Below the pieces are notes generated by a model that had not been told where the DNA came from, ran no database searches, and saw nothing but the letters and a program-made list of their open reading frames with translations. The position numbers were made by a program, and so were the translations under genes. From contig CAWJWJ010000002.1 in NCBI GenBank assembly GCA_963846575.1, positions 128,001 to 192,000 on the forward strand: a stretch of DNA of 64,000 nt, written 5' to 3'. Of this stretch, positions 31,268-42,120 are shown piece after piece; the stretch's first letter is position 1, and the number at the start of each line of letters is the position of its first letter. The stretch comes from an uncultured Nitrospiraceae bacterium. GTDB lineage: Bacteria > Nitrospirota > Nitrospiria > Nitrospirales > Nitrospiraceae.

Positions 31268-32056
31268 ATGGTGAGAAGTATGAAATTCAGCGTGGCGGTG
31301 GCAGTCCTTGCAGGAGTCACGGGCATGATTGGCACCGGTCAGAACGTCCAGGCTCAAAGCCTGACGATTGGAGCCGCCCCCAGTTTGAGGCCCCTGTTCA
31401 GCGAAATCCTCCCGATGTTTGAGAAGGAATACGGCGCCACGGTGCGCGCTCTGTACGGTCCTTCGCAAACGCTTCGCCGACAAATCGAAAAGGGTGCTGA
31501 AATTGATATGTTTTTTCCTGCGGCCGTTGAGGAACTCGAGAAGCTACAAAAGAAAGGACTGACGCTTCACCGGGGACTTCGGATCTACGCACAAACCAAT
31601 GTGGTGCTGGTCATGTCAACGGCCTCTCATGCAACCTCGGTTTCTTTTCATGATGCACTGCCGAATCGCGCGACCCGCATCGCCCTTGGAGACCCCACCA
31701 CATCCTCATTGGGAGAAATTACGGCTCGGGCGCTCACGAAACTGAATTCCGCGTACAAAAGCCGCTCCCGCCTAGTCCAGGCGCAACATGCGGAGGAGGT
31801 TCTGAGCCTAGTGCAGAAAGGCGTGGCCGACCTGGGCATTGTCTACCGCGTGGACGCGATCAACAGCGGGGACGTACGAATCATTGATGAAGCGCCGGCC
31901 GGGCTGACTGCGCCAGTCGAGTTCGGCCAAGCAGTGGTATGGACCTGCCGTGAGAACTCCCTGGCTGTCGCGGAAGAGTTTTTCGATTTCATCATGAGTC
32001 CACGCATACAGAAACTCCTGCTTAAATATGGTTTTGACGAACCTTTGAAAGGGTGA
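31268..32056 (+). CDS. ModA-like periplasmic substrate-binding protein (paralog 2)
   Basis: Same motifs as paralog 1 (PSLRPLFSEILPMFEKEY, GQAVVWTCR, QKLLLKYGFD). Confidence 0.8.
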   Translation: MVRSMKFSVAVAVLAGVTGMIGTGQNVQAQSLTIGAAPSLRPLFSEILPMFEKEYGATVRALYGPSQTLRRQIEKGAEIDMFFPAAVEELEKLQKKGLTLHRGLRIYAQTNVVLVMSTASHATSVSFHDALPNRATRIALGDPTTSSLGEITARALTKLNSAYKSRSRLVQAQHAEEVLSLVQKGVADLGIVYRVDAINSGDVRIIDEAPAGLTAPVEFGQAVVWTCRENSLAVAEEFFDFIMSPRIQKLLLKYGFDEPLKG

Positions 32057-32384
32057 CCTTTCTCCCTGGTGGCGACAAAACCGCCGGCGTACACTGCTCG
32101 GCTCGAACTCCCGGTACCACGACACTGCCTTGGCCGGCCTCATAGATACATATCTCTCTGCGGACAACGTGATCCCCTTCCTGGTGACACTACGCCCGGT
32201 ATGAACCGGGTCGTGGTCATGTTCCCTATTCGTCTGAACGGTGGTTAGCTCCGGTGCCTCCTATCAGTCTCGCTGGCTGGAGCACGGTGCCGTCAATTCC
32301 TCTGGTCACTGCGCCGGGGCATTTGATAATACCAACGCCCCCAACGTACTCTACTATGTGATGTTTCACGATCCGGGTGAGGTG

Positions 32385-33839
32385 ATGCCCATGGCCCTTC
32401 CAGTCAGAGAAACGCGTGAGCGCGAAATCAAGCTCGCTGTGCACCCAAGCTTTACCCTGCCCCCGCTTTCGGGAGAGCCGCTGCCTACTCGAATCCTGAC
32501 CTCTGTCTACTACGATACCGACCAGCATCAACTGGCACGGGCCGGCATTACACTCCGTTATCGCGTCGAAGCGCGAAAGGGGGTCTGGCAACTGAAGCTT
32601 CCCCGCGACAAGGCCAGGCTGGAGTTGGAGTGTGCCGGCGACCGCAGTCGGCCACCGGTATTCCTCATGAAGCTCCTGTTCGCACAGTTGCGGGGGCAGC
32701 CGGTCAAGATGATCGCCACATTGCGTACAAGACGGACGGGGATACTCGTGGGCGGGGCCGCCAGGCCGGTGGCCGAGGTCGTGAGAGATGTGGTCGTCGC
32801 GCTGGAGGGACGTCGCATCGTGCATCGGATGTGTGAGTTGGAAGTCGAACTCACAGGCGGGAAAGAGAAAGATCTTCGGAAGATCGAAAAAGCGTTACGT
32901 GAGGCCGGGGCACAGGATGGCGATCCGAGGCCTAAGGTGGTTCAGGCCCTCTCGCTGGAACTTCCCACTCCGCCCGATCCGCCGCCCCCATCGGCCCCGC
33001 CGATCGAACAGCTCAAGGCCCTGCTGCGCACTCAACTGGAACTGATTCTGAGACACGATCCCGGAACGAGACTGGGCAGTGAACCGGAAGAACTTCATAA
33101 GATGCGGGTCGCGACGCGACGACTTCGCGCCTATGTCCGAGCCGCCCATGAGATTCTCCAGCCGGAATGGGCAGAGCAGATCTGTACGGAAGTGGCCTGG
33201 CTGAGGACTGTGCTGGGACCGGTCCGTGACCTGGATGTCTTGATCGAGCATCTCGAGAAACAATGTTCCACCCTGCGTCCCGCCGAGCGCCGCGCGTTTG
33301 AACACTTGTTGCAGCGACTTCAAGCTCAACGAACGGCGGCACGAGAAGCGCTTGTGCAGGCCCTCGAAGGCGATCGGTATCTGGCCCTGCTCGACCGGCT
33401 CGACGGCGCCTGTCGATCCCCGGCCGTGAGCGGCGCCACGGTGTCATTGAGGGATATCGCAGAGGCCGGGTTTAAGAAACTTCGTCGAGCCATTAAGAAG
33501 TGCGGCCTGGATGCGAGTGATACGGTGCTCCATGAGATCCGTATTAAGGGAAAGCGGGCACGGTATGCAGCGGAACTGGCTCAGGTTTGTGTCGGTAAAT
33601 CGGCCACACGCTTCCTGGATCACGCCAAAACGTTTCAGGACCTTCTGGGCGACCATCACGACGCGGTCGTGACGGAGCAGCGGTTACGCCAACTCCTCGG
33701 GCAGGCCCACAGCGGCATCGCGGCCTTCGCCATGGGACGGCTCATCGAGCGGCAGTGTGAACGCCGCGGGAAAGTGCGGACGACCCTCCCCGAGGCCTGG
33801 AGCAAGTTAAAGAAGCACGGAAAGAAAGCCTGGGGGTAG
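32385..33839 (+). CDS. CYTH and CHAD domain protein
   Basis: EREIKL, YYDT, ELEVEL (CYTH); LHKMRVATRRLR, LHEIRIKGKRARY, QDLLGDHHD (CHAD). Confidence 0.92.
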   Translation: MPMALPVRETREREIKLAVHPSFTLPPLSGEPLPTRILTSVYYDTDQHQLARAGITLRYRVEARKGVWQLKLPRDKARLELECAGDRSRPPVFLMKLLFAQLRGQPVKMIATLRTRRTGILVGGAARPVAEVVRDVVVALEGRRIVHRMCELEVELTGGKEKDLRKIEKALREAGAQDGDPRPKVVQALSLELPTPPDPPPPSAPPIEQLKALLRTQLELILRHDPGTRLGSEPEELHKMRVATRRLRAYVRAAHEILQPEWAEQICTEVAWLRTVLGPVRDLDVLIEHLEKQCSTLRPAERRAFEHLLQRLQAQRTAAREALVQALEGDRYLALLDRLDGACRSPAVSGATVSLRDIAEAGFKKLRRAIKKCGLDASDTVLHEIRIKGKRARYAAELAQVCVGKSATRFLDHAKTFQDLLGDHHDAVVTEQRLRQLLGQAHSGIAAFAMGRLIERQCERRGKVRTTLPEAWSKLKKHGKKAWG

Positions 33840-34071
33840 TTTGGACGAGCCGGTCCAAAGCGTCGGGCTACGGCACGTCAGGCACTCCTGCAGCCTCAGT
33901 CAGCGGTGAGACCCGCGTCGACACGAGCCAAGCGATACCCCCTCCGTTGCCCGGGACCATCTATCGGGCATGCCAGCAGCCATGCTGACATCCGTCCTCC
34001 TCGAGGGTGCACCACCATCTTGTTCGCCTATCGCCTCGTCTGTCATCCGCTAGTCTCCCATCAGGCGCCCC

Positions 34072-35157
34072 TCAGCTCGGCAGGCGGACTGCGGGTTGGG
34101 CATCCACTATTGTGCGGCCTGCGACGGCATGCAGCGTGCCGGCTACGAGGTGTTGAACCAGATTGTAGAAGATGATCGGAACCATGACTCTGGGGTAGGA
34201 GGTGAGAACGAGGGCGGCCAGGACCAGGCCGGTGCCATTGTTATGCATCCCAAGCCCATACATGAGTGAGACACGTTCGGCTTGATCGAGGCGAAACAAG
34301 CGGCTCAGCCCGGAGCCGGAGGCAAACGCCGTGACGCAGAGACCCGTCGTCAAACCTACCGTGACAGCCAAAAAATCCCAATCGCGATCCGCCACTGCCT
34401 GGGGTAGCGAGACGGAGGCATTCGAATAATTGAGCAACAGCAGTACGACGGAGTTGGTCAACTTGATCAGCGGCAACAGCCTGCTGAGTCTCGCTTCGCC
34501 AAGGGTCACACGCAGCGCGATGCCTAACATGGAGGGGAGGACGACCCAGAGACCCAAGAACGCGGCCGATCCGTAGGCCGCGAGTCCATCCAGGACACGC
34601 TCAAATTCCTGGGATGCCATGTCCCCGAACACGTGCAGCGAGAGCGGCGTGATGATGGGACTGAGCACAGTCGACGACAGCACTAACCCCAAGCTCAGGG
34701 CGAGGTTGCCGTTAGAGTTCTGCGCCCAGGCGGTTGAGGCGCCAGCGACCGGCATGGCGGCAACCAGGGCCAGGCCGACCAGAATATACTGCGCTTCCTC
34801 CGGTTCGTACCAGAACCGCATGACCACCGTGACGAAAAAAATATAGGCCATGGGGATGACGAGATTGGCCGTGAGCCCGGTCAGCAATACCGGAAGCCTG
34901 CGCCACAACGAGGTGAGGTGCGCAGTCTTCACACCTAACCCGGCATTGAACATGAGTGTGGCGAGAAGGAGCAAAAGGAGCGAGACGTGGATGTTCACAT
35001 GGAAGAGGGTGACATGATCGACGCGTAGATTCCTGATCCACAAACCGGGCGCGGGGAATGCCGCGGCTGCGGCATAGGCCGCGAGTAAGCACCAGAGTAA
35101 ATGATGGTGAATGAACTGAGATGCTGCGAGTGCCGCCTGTTTCAGCCTGCCGAACAT
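34072..35157 (-). CDS. Bile acid:sodium symporter (SBF) family transporter
   Basis: Multi-TM; GNLALSLGL, GMHNNGTGL. Confidence 0.85.
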   Translation of the reverse strand: MFGRLKQAALAASQFIHHHLLWCLLAAYAAAAAFPAPGLWIRNLRVDHVTLFHVNIHVSLLLLLLATLMFNAGLGVKTAHLTSLWRRLPVLLTGLTANLVIPMAYIFFVTVVMRFWYEPEEAQYILVGLALVAAMPVAGASTAWAQNSNGNLALSLGLVLSSTVLSPIITPLSLHVFGDMASQEFERVLDGLAAYGSAAFLGLWVVLPSMLGIALRVTLGEARLSRLLPLIKLTNSVVLLLLNYSNASVSLPQAVADRDWDFLAVTVGLTTGLCVTAFASGSGLSRLFRLDQAERVSLMYGLGMHNNGTGLVLAALVLTSYPRVMVPIIFYNLVQHLVAGTLHAVAGRTIVDAQPAVRLPS

Positions 35158-35349
35158 TCGTGACTCTGCAACTTCCGCATCCCGTTGAGACTGAGCAGCG
35201 TGAGTATGCCTGGATCGGGTTGCGTTTGGCCAGTGGACCGTCAGGCGGGCACGAGCGGGAGTTTGTGTCTACGTGAATGCGCGTGCGGCTCGTGCGGATG
35301 GCATGACCGGAGAGTCGGAGGGGCCCTCCGGCAGGATGCGGGAAATGTC

Positions 35350-38300
35350 TTAGCTCGTCAGTGGGTGGGGAGTGACGGAGAGCTCGGTGTTGTCGGGAAA
35401 TGCCGCGCCCAGCCTGACTGTCCGTGAGGGGCCCTGTAGGTGCACCTGCATGGTATGTCCATCCCACTGCCAATCGACTGATCCGCCAGGAATTGCCAGT
35501 CCGGAAACCGCCATCGGTCGGGTGAGCCATGAAGGAGGAATGCCACCACCGATGACCAGCGCGGCGCTCCCGGTCCTGTCGTCCACATAGGCCAGCATGT
35601 CCTGCTGTAGCAGCAAGAGCAATGCCGCCGTCTGATAATCCGGAGAGACCGCCCGCTGGTTGTGCCACCCTCGTACGTATTGCCATCCGTCCGCTACGTC
35701 TGACGTTGCCGGTCTGGGTGCATCCCACGTGTAGAGCCCGGGCGATGCCTGTCGCTCCCACAGCTGGTCAAGGAGTGCCCAGAGCGCGTCCGGCCGTCCC
35801 GACCGGAGGAGGTGGTGCGCCACGATCATGGTTGTCGCCGGGCTGTGATCGTCGGGAGTAGGACTGTAGAGGGGCAACGGTTGCTCCAACGGGCTGCGCG
35901 GGGAAAGCGGGCCCGGAGAATGCCGCGCGTCTACACGGGAGTCGGCTACGTGGAGGGGACCGGCGGCGGTCCGGTGCTGCCAGCTCGTCTGCAAAGCCGC
36001 TGCGAGGTCGCGCCACCGCGCGGCATCACGCTGTTTGCCGAGTCGGTCAGCCAATTCCGAGGCCGCAACCAGTCCCTGGTAACTCACGGCGTTGACGTAC
36101 AGTGACGGCCATTCGTTTCCGACACGTCCTACGATCAGCCCGTCACGGGCCGGCTGCGCCAGCACACGAAGGCTGGTCTGTTGTCCGTTCGAGATGTCGT
36201 AAGGCGTGGGCACCAGAAAGGTCTCCTCGATGGATTCCCGGGTCCGGAGCATCTCCTCGATGCGGTGTGCCTTACGAAGAATATGCGGCCAGAGCCAGCG
36301 ATCATAGTCCTTGTCGGCAATATAAGCGGCGGCTTGCGTGAGTGACCAAATGGCCACACCGGGGGCATCGGCCTCCGGCCCATCCCCTCCGGCGAAGTCA
36401 TGGGTAGCCACAAATTGGGAGAGGACGCGGCTGACGTGCGGATCGCCGGTGCGAGCGAGGGCCGCGGTGATGTAGGCTCCCTGTCTCTGCCAGGCACGAT
36501 AGAAAAAAACAGGATCACCCGGTCTTGTTTCTCGCCCGATCAGGCTCATCATGAGATGAGTCACTTGCGCATCCATGGACGCCTGGAAGCGGGAGTCGGG
36601 CAGGCTGAGCCGCATGCGTGGCGACGACTCTTTGTACCAATGATTCATCTGGACCGGGACGCGGCTATCGGAGAGGATGAGTCGATATTCCCGATTCGCA
36701 GAATCCGGAGGCAGGAGCAGGCGAGCATAACCCCAGCCGGACTCGCCCTCCCACGATGTGGTTGAAGGAGGGGCCGTCATCCATCCCGCCGAGTTCTCAT
36801 CTCCCAATGCGACGCCGGCAGGAGCAGGCGAGAGGGCGACGGTCCAGCGATGATTGACTGCCACCTGCTTGCCGTCCCAACTCAAGGCGGTGACGGGTCC
36901 ACCCGCCGGCCCTACGCTACGAATCAGGATGGCCGGGATATGGGATGTGAGATTCTTCAACCGCAGCTCCCAGCCGGTGGCGTCCACTCGCGACCAGGAC
37001 GCTTCATAATACGGTGTCCTGGTGACGATGGCAGGCAGAGCCGAATGTTCGGAAAGGGCAAATGTCTGGCGGATCTCGCTGAGCGGCAGCGTTTGGCTGG
37101 TCATGACCGGGTGTCCGGTGGCATCGCAGAGCCAGAGCGAGATTCCGAAGCTGGGGGTTTGCGGACTGAAGTCTCCGCCAGGCTCGTGATAGGCATGGCC
37201 GCCTTCCGACGAGCCGGGTAGCGCCAAGGGCACGTGTCCGACAGACCTCGGCCAGGGACGGTCGGGATCCTTCTGCATCATGCTCGTCATCGCATCGCGC
37301 TGCGGGGTGAAGTGGGTTGCCTGCGCTCTGGCGTCCTGGAACTGGTGCCAGTTGTTCAGACCGGCGCACAGGGCAAGCAGGCCGGCGGCGACGAGCACCA
37401 GTGGCCGCCCTGGGCTGAGCGCACCCAGCGCGGCCACGGCCAGGAGCAGGGGGATGAAATTCAGACTGTAGGTGAAGGTTTCTTCTCCGTAGACCATGTG
37501 CAATGAGAACTCAAAGAGCAACATGGCCGCCAGCACAAGTCGAAAACGGAGTTGACGGTCCAAGGTGACCATTCTCCACAGTCCGTTGAGGAGCAGGACG
37601 GACCAGAGGCCGACGGCGATCAGCCCAAGTGGACCTGCAGACCCCGGAGCTGAGAACTGAAAGGACAGGCGCTGTGATAACCGGAAAGAATCGTCACCGA
37701 ACAGGATGAAGCCGTCATCGTCGATGAACCGGATGGCTGGAGCGACGAGGGTGTGAAAGGCAAACGCGGAGACGATGTTCTGCTTGCCTCCCGCCTGGGG
37801 ATGATTGACCCAATTGGCTTCAGTGCGGCCGCCGATGAAGAACTCGGCTGATGGAAACATGAATTTTTGTGCGCCCCACAAGAGCACCACCAGGCAGAAC
37901 GCGTTGATGGAAAGTTGCACCGTCTGTTTGAGGGGCCAGCGGGCCAGCGTCGCCAACAGGCCGGCCATCCAGTTCGTGACCGTGATGCTGAGCGTGAAGG
38001 CGCTGGCGGCCACATAGGCGGTGGCGCCGAAGCGGCGCTGTTCGGCGAACAGGAGCAGGGCGAGCGCGATCATAATCGACCACGATCCCCAGGTATAGGA
38101 ATTGGGCACAGGGAGCCAGAAGATGGCCGATGCACTGGACAGCCCGAGTGCCGTGAAGATGCTGCCATCGAGTTTCCGGCAGCCGAGGAGGCGCAGGAGC
38201 AGAAAGAGTGTCGCGGCCCACAGGCCTCCCATGAGGCCGGTGACGTGTAACACGGCCTGCAGGGGAGGAACGCCCAACGCCTGTTTTGCGAGATACACCG

Positions 38301-38754
38301 GGGTAAAGGTCAGTATCGAGAACAGCGGGTGAACAGAGGTCCGGGAGTGGTCGTCCGTCCTGGAGGTCATATTCGAGACTTCACGAACAGTATCGGACTC
38401 GAACCAGAAATCCATCGACTGAAGCAGATAGGGAGGAAGGGTATTGGCAATCAGGAAACAGCCGGTGCCGACGGCCAGGGCCAGCAGGGCTGCCATCAGC
38501 CAATCCGCCCGATTCAATCTGGCGAAATCGACGGCTAATTGCCCGGAATGCTCCGGCCACGCGTCATCATCACTGATGAGGGGGGAGGGCTCATCATAGG
38601 GTAATGGGCGTGCGGTATTGCCGTCTCTCACGATTAGCCTCAATGTTCCTTGTTCCGTCGAACGAACAACGTGCGACCGGGCATCAGCTGTCCTGACTGA
38701 ATCGGACGATCCGGGGGAAGACTGAAGCGGGGTGGCAGGGGCCAGGCAGGCCAC
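35350..38754 (-). CDS. Large membrane protein: N-terminal multi-TM GT-C-like region plus C-terminal glycoside-hydrolase-like domain (start uncertain)
   Basis: Many TMs with DFWFESD/HPLF loop; soluble part with HEPGGDFSP, RAWQRQGAYI, EADAPG, helical repeats. Confidence 0.6.
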   Translation of the reverse strand: MACLAPATPLQSSPGSSDSVRTADARSHVVRSTEQGTLRLIVRDGNTARPLPYDEPSPLISDDDAWPEHSGQLAVDFARLNRADWLMAALLALAVGTGCFLIANTLPPYLLQSMDFWFESDTVREVSNMTSRTDDHSRTSVHPLFSILTFTPVYLAKQALGVPPLQAVLHVTGLMGGLWAATLFLLLRLLGCRKLDGSIFTALGLSSASAIFWLPVPNSYTWGSWSIMIALALLLFAEQRRFGATAYVAASAFTLSITVTNWMAGLLATLARWPLKQTVQLSINAFCLVVLLWGAQKFMFPSAEFFIGGRTEANWVNHPQAGGKQNIVSAFAFHTLVAPAIRFIDDDGFILFGDDSFRLSQRLSFQFSAPGSAGPLGLIAVGLWSVLLLNGLWRMVTLDRQLRFRLVLAAMLLFEFSLHMVYGEETFTYSLNFIPLLLAVAALGALSPGRPLVLVAAGLLALCAGLNNWHQFQDARAQATHFTPQRDAMTSMMQKDPDRPWPRSVGHVPLALPGSSEGGHAYHEPGGDFSPQTPSFGISLWLCDATGHPVMTSQTLPLSEIRQTFALSEHSALPAIVTRTPYYEASWSRVDATGWELRLKNLTSHIPAILIRSVGPAGGPVTALSWDGKQVAVNHRWTVALSPAPAGVALGDENSAGWMTAPPSTTSWEGESGWGYARLLLPPDSANREYRLILSDSRVPVQMNHWYKESSPRMRLSLPDSRFQASMDAQVTHLMMSLIGRETRPGDPVFFYRAWQRQGAYITAALARTGDPHVSRVLSQFVATHDFAGGDGPEADAPGVAIWSLTQAAAYIADKDYDRWLWPHILRKAHRIEEMLRTRESIEETFLVPTPYDISNGQQTSLRVLAQPARDGLIVGRVGNEWPSLYVNAVSYQGLVAASELADRLGKQRDAARWRDLAAALQTSWQHRTAAGPLHVADSRVDARHSPGPLSPRSPLEQPLPLYSPTPDDHSPATTMIVAHHLLRSGRPDALWALLDQLWERQASPGLYTWDAPRPATSDVADGWQYVRGWHNQRAVSPDYQTAALLLLLQQDMLAYVDDRTGSAALVIGGGIPPSWLTRPMAVSGLAIPGGSVDWQWDGHTMQVHLQGPSRTVRLGAAFPDNTELSVTPHPLTS

Positions 38755-39037
38755 GCATCACATGTCCTGCTCGTAAATCCCTAAGTGTGGACAGTACTGG
38801 ATGAGGCTGCAGCGAAGGCTCCGTCTGCTCCCTGCCCGACAACACCTTGGATGGCGACCCGTTATTCTCCCGACAGAGCGGCAATGATCGCCGGCGAATT
38901 GAACATTCTTCTTGTCAGGCTGGACGTCGACTGATAAGAAAAATCTCGCTGAATAAAGAGCCTTGCTGCCGGAGCCGGCCACGGCTGCGGGAATGCCAGG
39001 GGTGACACCTGCGGCACGATGAACGTTCGCAGGTGTC

Positions 39038-40405
39038 ATGGGGCCAGCAACACCGGCGGTCACTGTCATGCGCGATTATGCGATCTTCTATGCCTTGGCC
39101 GCTCTGGCTGGCTTTCTCTGGTTTCTCGCCTTCCGGTATGGCTCCGATCGAACCGCGTTTCGCGCGCTTCTGGGCTGCACGCTCGGGGGCCTAGCGCTGT
39201 GGATGTGGGAGGTTTCGGAGCCGTCGGTCGCGTTTTCGGACTTCAACGTGGCTTACTATCCGGCCGGCCGCGCCATTCTGCAGGATCTGCCGCATCTATT
39301 CAGGCGTTGCTGGGATACCCCCGTCTGCGGCTTCGTGAACATCCCCATTGTCGCGTTTCTGTTCACCCCGTTCGCCATGCTCACACTGCCCCATGCTCAG
39401 TGGCTGTTTGCCAGCTTGTCCGTGGTCAGCCTGATTCTGAGCCTGGTTCTGCTGTGGTCCATCACGGATCGGGCCTGGTCACGGAGGTGGGCGATCCTCC
39501 TGCTCTTTGCCGTGAACGGCCCGCTGTTTTACAGTCTCAAGGAGGGGAACCTCACCCACTTCGCGCTGCTCCTGCTGGTTGCGGGAGTGGTCTGCCTGGA
39601 GAAGAGGTGGGACCGGAGCGCAGGAGCCTGCTTCGCCATGGCCGCGATCATCAAGCTGCCCTTGCTGCTTTTCGGAGTCTACTTTGTCGGCCGGCGGCAG
39701 TGGGCCGTGGTCATTGGTTATGCCGCCGCGGGATTGGCGGTTTCGCTGGCTTCAGTATGGTATGCGGGATGGGACAACCATGTGAATTGGTACCGTGAAG
39801 TGATTCTGCCCTTCTCGAATAGGGGCCTCACAGCCTTCAACGTACAATCGACTCAGGGGGTATTGCTCCGGCTGCACCTGGATTCCCCGTTGTATAGTTG
39901 GAAGCCGGTGGAAGTGGCGTGGGGCGTGAAGGTCATCGAGAGGGTCTGTGGGGCCTTCCTGATGGGAGTCTCGTGTCTCCTGTTTGTGCGTCAACCCGGG
40001 AGGCAGCTCCAGAACACCATCTATCTTGAATTGTCGATGGTGCTCTGTCTCGCGCTGATCGTCAGCCCGATTTCGTGGAGCCACTATTATCTTCTCCTGT
40101 TGCTGCCGTTGGCCTTATATGCGGGTGATCGGTTGCCGATTCCCGATCGTGGCTGGTGGCCCCTCGCGATGCTGCTGTGCCTGCTCTGCGTCACGCCTCC
40201 GGTGACCTTCGCGATCGGGGAGGCTACGGGGGATGATTGGATCGCCAAGTTGGTCCTCTCTCACTATGTAACGGGCGCACTCTTATTGTGGACGCTGCTG
40301 GCCTATGCACGCTGGCGCGTGGCCGAAGTCCGCCACTGTCGCTTGGTGCCGGCGGGTCCCGTCGCTCGCGCTGCGGTTCCCACGATCAAGCGGATTGACG
40401 CGTAA
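39038..40405 (+). CDS. Glycosyltransferase family 87-like membrane protein
   Basis: DFNVAYYPAG, NIPIVAFLFTPF, GNLT, IKLP, SPISWSHY. Confidence 0.8.
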   Translation: MGPATPAVTVMRDYAIFYALAALAGFLWFLAFRYGSDRTAFRALLGCTLGGLALWMWEVSEPSVAFSDFNVAYYPAGRAILQDLPHLFRRCWDTPVCGFVNIPIVAFLFTPFAMLTLPHAQWLFASLSVVSLILSLVLLWSITDRAWSRRWAILLLFAVNGPLFYSLKEGNLTHFALLLLVAGVVCLEKRWDRSAGACFAMAAIIKLPLLLFGVYFVGRRQWAVVIGYAAAGLAVSLASVWYAGWDNHVNWYREVILPFSNRGLTAFNVQSTQGVLLRLHLDSPLYSWKPVEVAWGVKVIERVCGAFLMGVSCLLFVRQPGRQLQNTIYLELSMVLCLALIVSPISWSHYYLLLLLPLALYAGDRLPIPDRGWWPLAMLLCLLCVTPPVTFAIGEATGDDWIAKLVLSHYVTGALLLWTLLAYARWRVAEVRHCRLVPAGPVARAAVPTIKRIDA

Positions 40406-40834
40406 GACTCCAAGGCGTCCGGCGATCGACAGGCGGCAGGGTGAAGAGAGCCCCGCAGCAGGGCGGTTCATTCGATCCGCTTGGCCGTCGCGCAACGGCC
40501 AGCCGGGCTTGGGTGCGTCGAAGGGCAAACACGTGACGAGCAAGAGTTCGTGCCGGTCGCGTTCCAGAGGACGACGTGGCGCCGGGAAACCAGGACCATC
40601 CCCGTGCGCGCTCTATAGCGATGTCTTGCCCCTCCGTTCCGGTCAGGTCCGACTCATATCCCCGCTACGACATCCTTCAAAAAACATACGTGCGTATCTC
40701 GATGTCCGGTCAGCAGCATCGTGCCTGCCTGTTCTGGCGGGGCGGTGGAGGTGACATGGCCGGGGCCGAACGCCAAGGTTCACCGGGTGCCCTGAGAAAG
40801 ACGAGCGTCCTTCCCAGGGTACACCCACATTGAA

Positions 40835-41647
40835 CTAGTTGCCGACGGTGGACTCGGGGAGCGGATTATCCGAGTCTGAATCAGCGGGCGGAATGCCTTC
40901 ATCGTTCGATTCGTTTCCGTCAGTTTGGGTTGACGGATCGATAGCGGCTTCGATAGGATCCGTCGTTGTTTCGACGACCGGGGTGGAAACCACCAGGTGT
41001 TCCAGACCGACCTTCCGCATCTCCAAGTGCACGCGGCGATTCATCGCTCGGCAGATGTCGCTGGTATCGATGCACAAGGCACCTTCTTCTCCCAGGCTGA
41101 CGGTGCGGATCGAAGTCTCAGGCACACCCAGCGCGATCAGCTGCTGCTTGACGGTTTCGGCCCGTTTCATGCCCAGAATTTTATTGAAGCGCATGGAGCC
41201 CTGTTGGTCGGTATAACCTTGGAGAAGGATGCCCCAATCCGGTTCACTCTTCAGAAATTCCGCATGTCGCTGCAGGGCGGCCTTGCCGTCGTCGGTCAGG
41301 CCTTTTCTCCCGATTTCAAACTGAATGTCATCGTGGAGGATGTCCGTCCTCCTGGTGGCCACTGGGACGGCATCCACATAGATGGCCGGCGTCGCTGCGT
41401 AGACCGGGACGTTGTTGCTGGAATCGTTGAGGACCTGTGATACCTGGTGGTCGTTGAGCGCTTCTCCTGAACGGTTGCTATGGGCCGCCTCATCTGCCTG
41501 AGAGTAGTACCAGAAGGCGGCGACGACGAGCGCGAGAAAGAGCACGAGTCCGCCGAGAATATAGACATCTTTCATTTCCCGGTCCGGTCCGACGATCGTG
41601 GGGGCTACGGGTCCTGCACTGACGGTAGCTGCGGGTGTCTTCTGCAT
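40835..41647 (-). CDS. OmpA/Pal-like peptidoglycan-binding protein
   Basis: TM anchor; QGYTDQQGS..FNKILGMKRAETVK, SLGEE, NRRV. Confidence 0.88.
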   Translation of the reverse strand: MQKTPAATVSAGPVAPTIVGPDREMKDVYILGGLVLFLALVVAAFWYYSQADEAAHSNRSGEALNDHQVSQVLNDSSNNVPVYAATPAIYVDAVPVATRRTDILHDDIQFEIGRKGLTDDGKAALQRHAEFLKSEPDWGILLQGYTDQQGSMRFNKILGMKRAETVKQQLIALGVPETSIRTVSLGEEGALCIDTSDICRAMNRRVHLEMRKVGLEHLVVSTPVVETTTDPIEAAIDPSTQTDGNESNDEGIPPADSDSDNPLPESTVGN

Positions 41648-42120
41648 GGTGTCTGCTCCTCCGGGTAGTAGGGCCGGATGGTCCGGCGCTGTTGTAGTGG
41701 ATAGACCGATTGTCCTCTTGCTGCGAAATCGGCGTTGCCGGCCATCACCTCCTTTCCGCCGGCAGCCCGCTGCCGGTCGGGCTGTAGAGCAAGGGAGAGA
41801 CCAGCCGAGCCGCGGCGGCCGAACGGGCCTATTCGAAAAGAAATGAAGGAGTTCGGAGGACGGTCACGATCGGAAGGGCATCGCGGTCATGCGGGGACCG
41901 CGGGGGATTGCGGGGATAGCCCCGCATGGCTCGCGTCCCGGGCGGTGAACAGGCGAGGATGCGTCTCGCCGGACGCAGGGTTGCAGGAAAGGTTTTGACA
42001 GTTTCCGGGGCCGCGGTACCATTGGACAAGCTATTCGAGAAACCTTGCGAGCATGTAAGCACTCATCAGCCTAGCGCAGGCTACGGCACAGCACTCGGGT
42101 AACACGTGAGGAGTCGTTCA

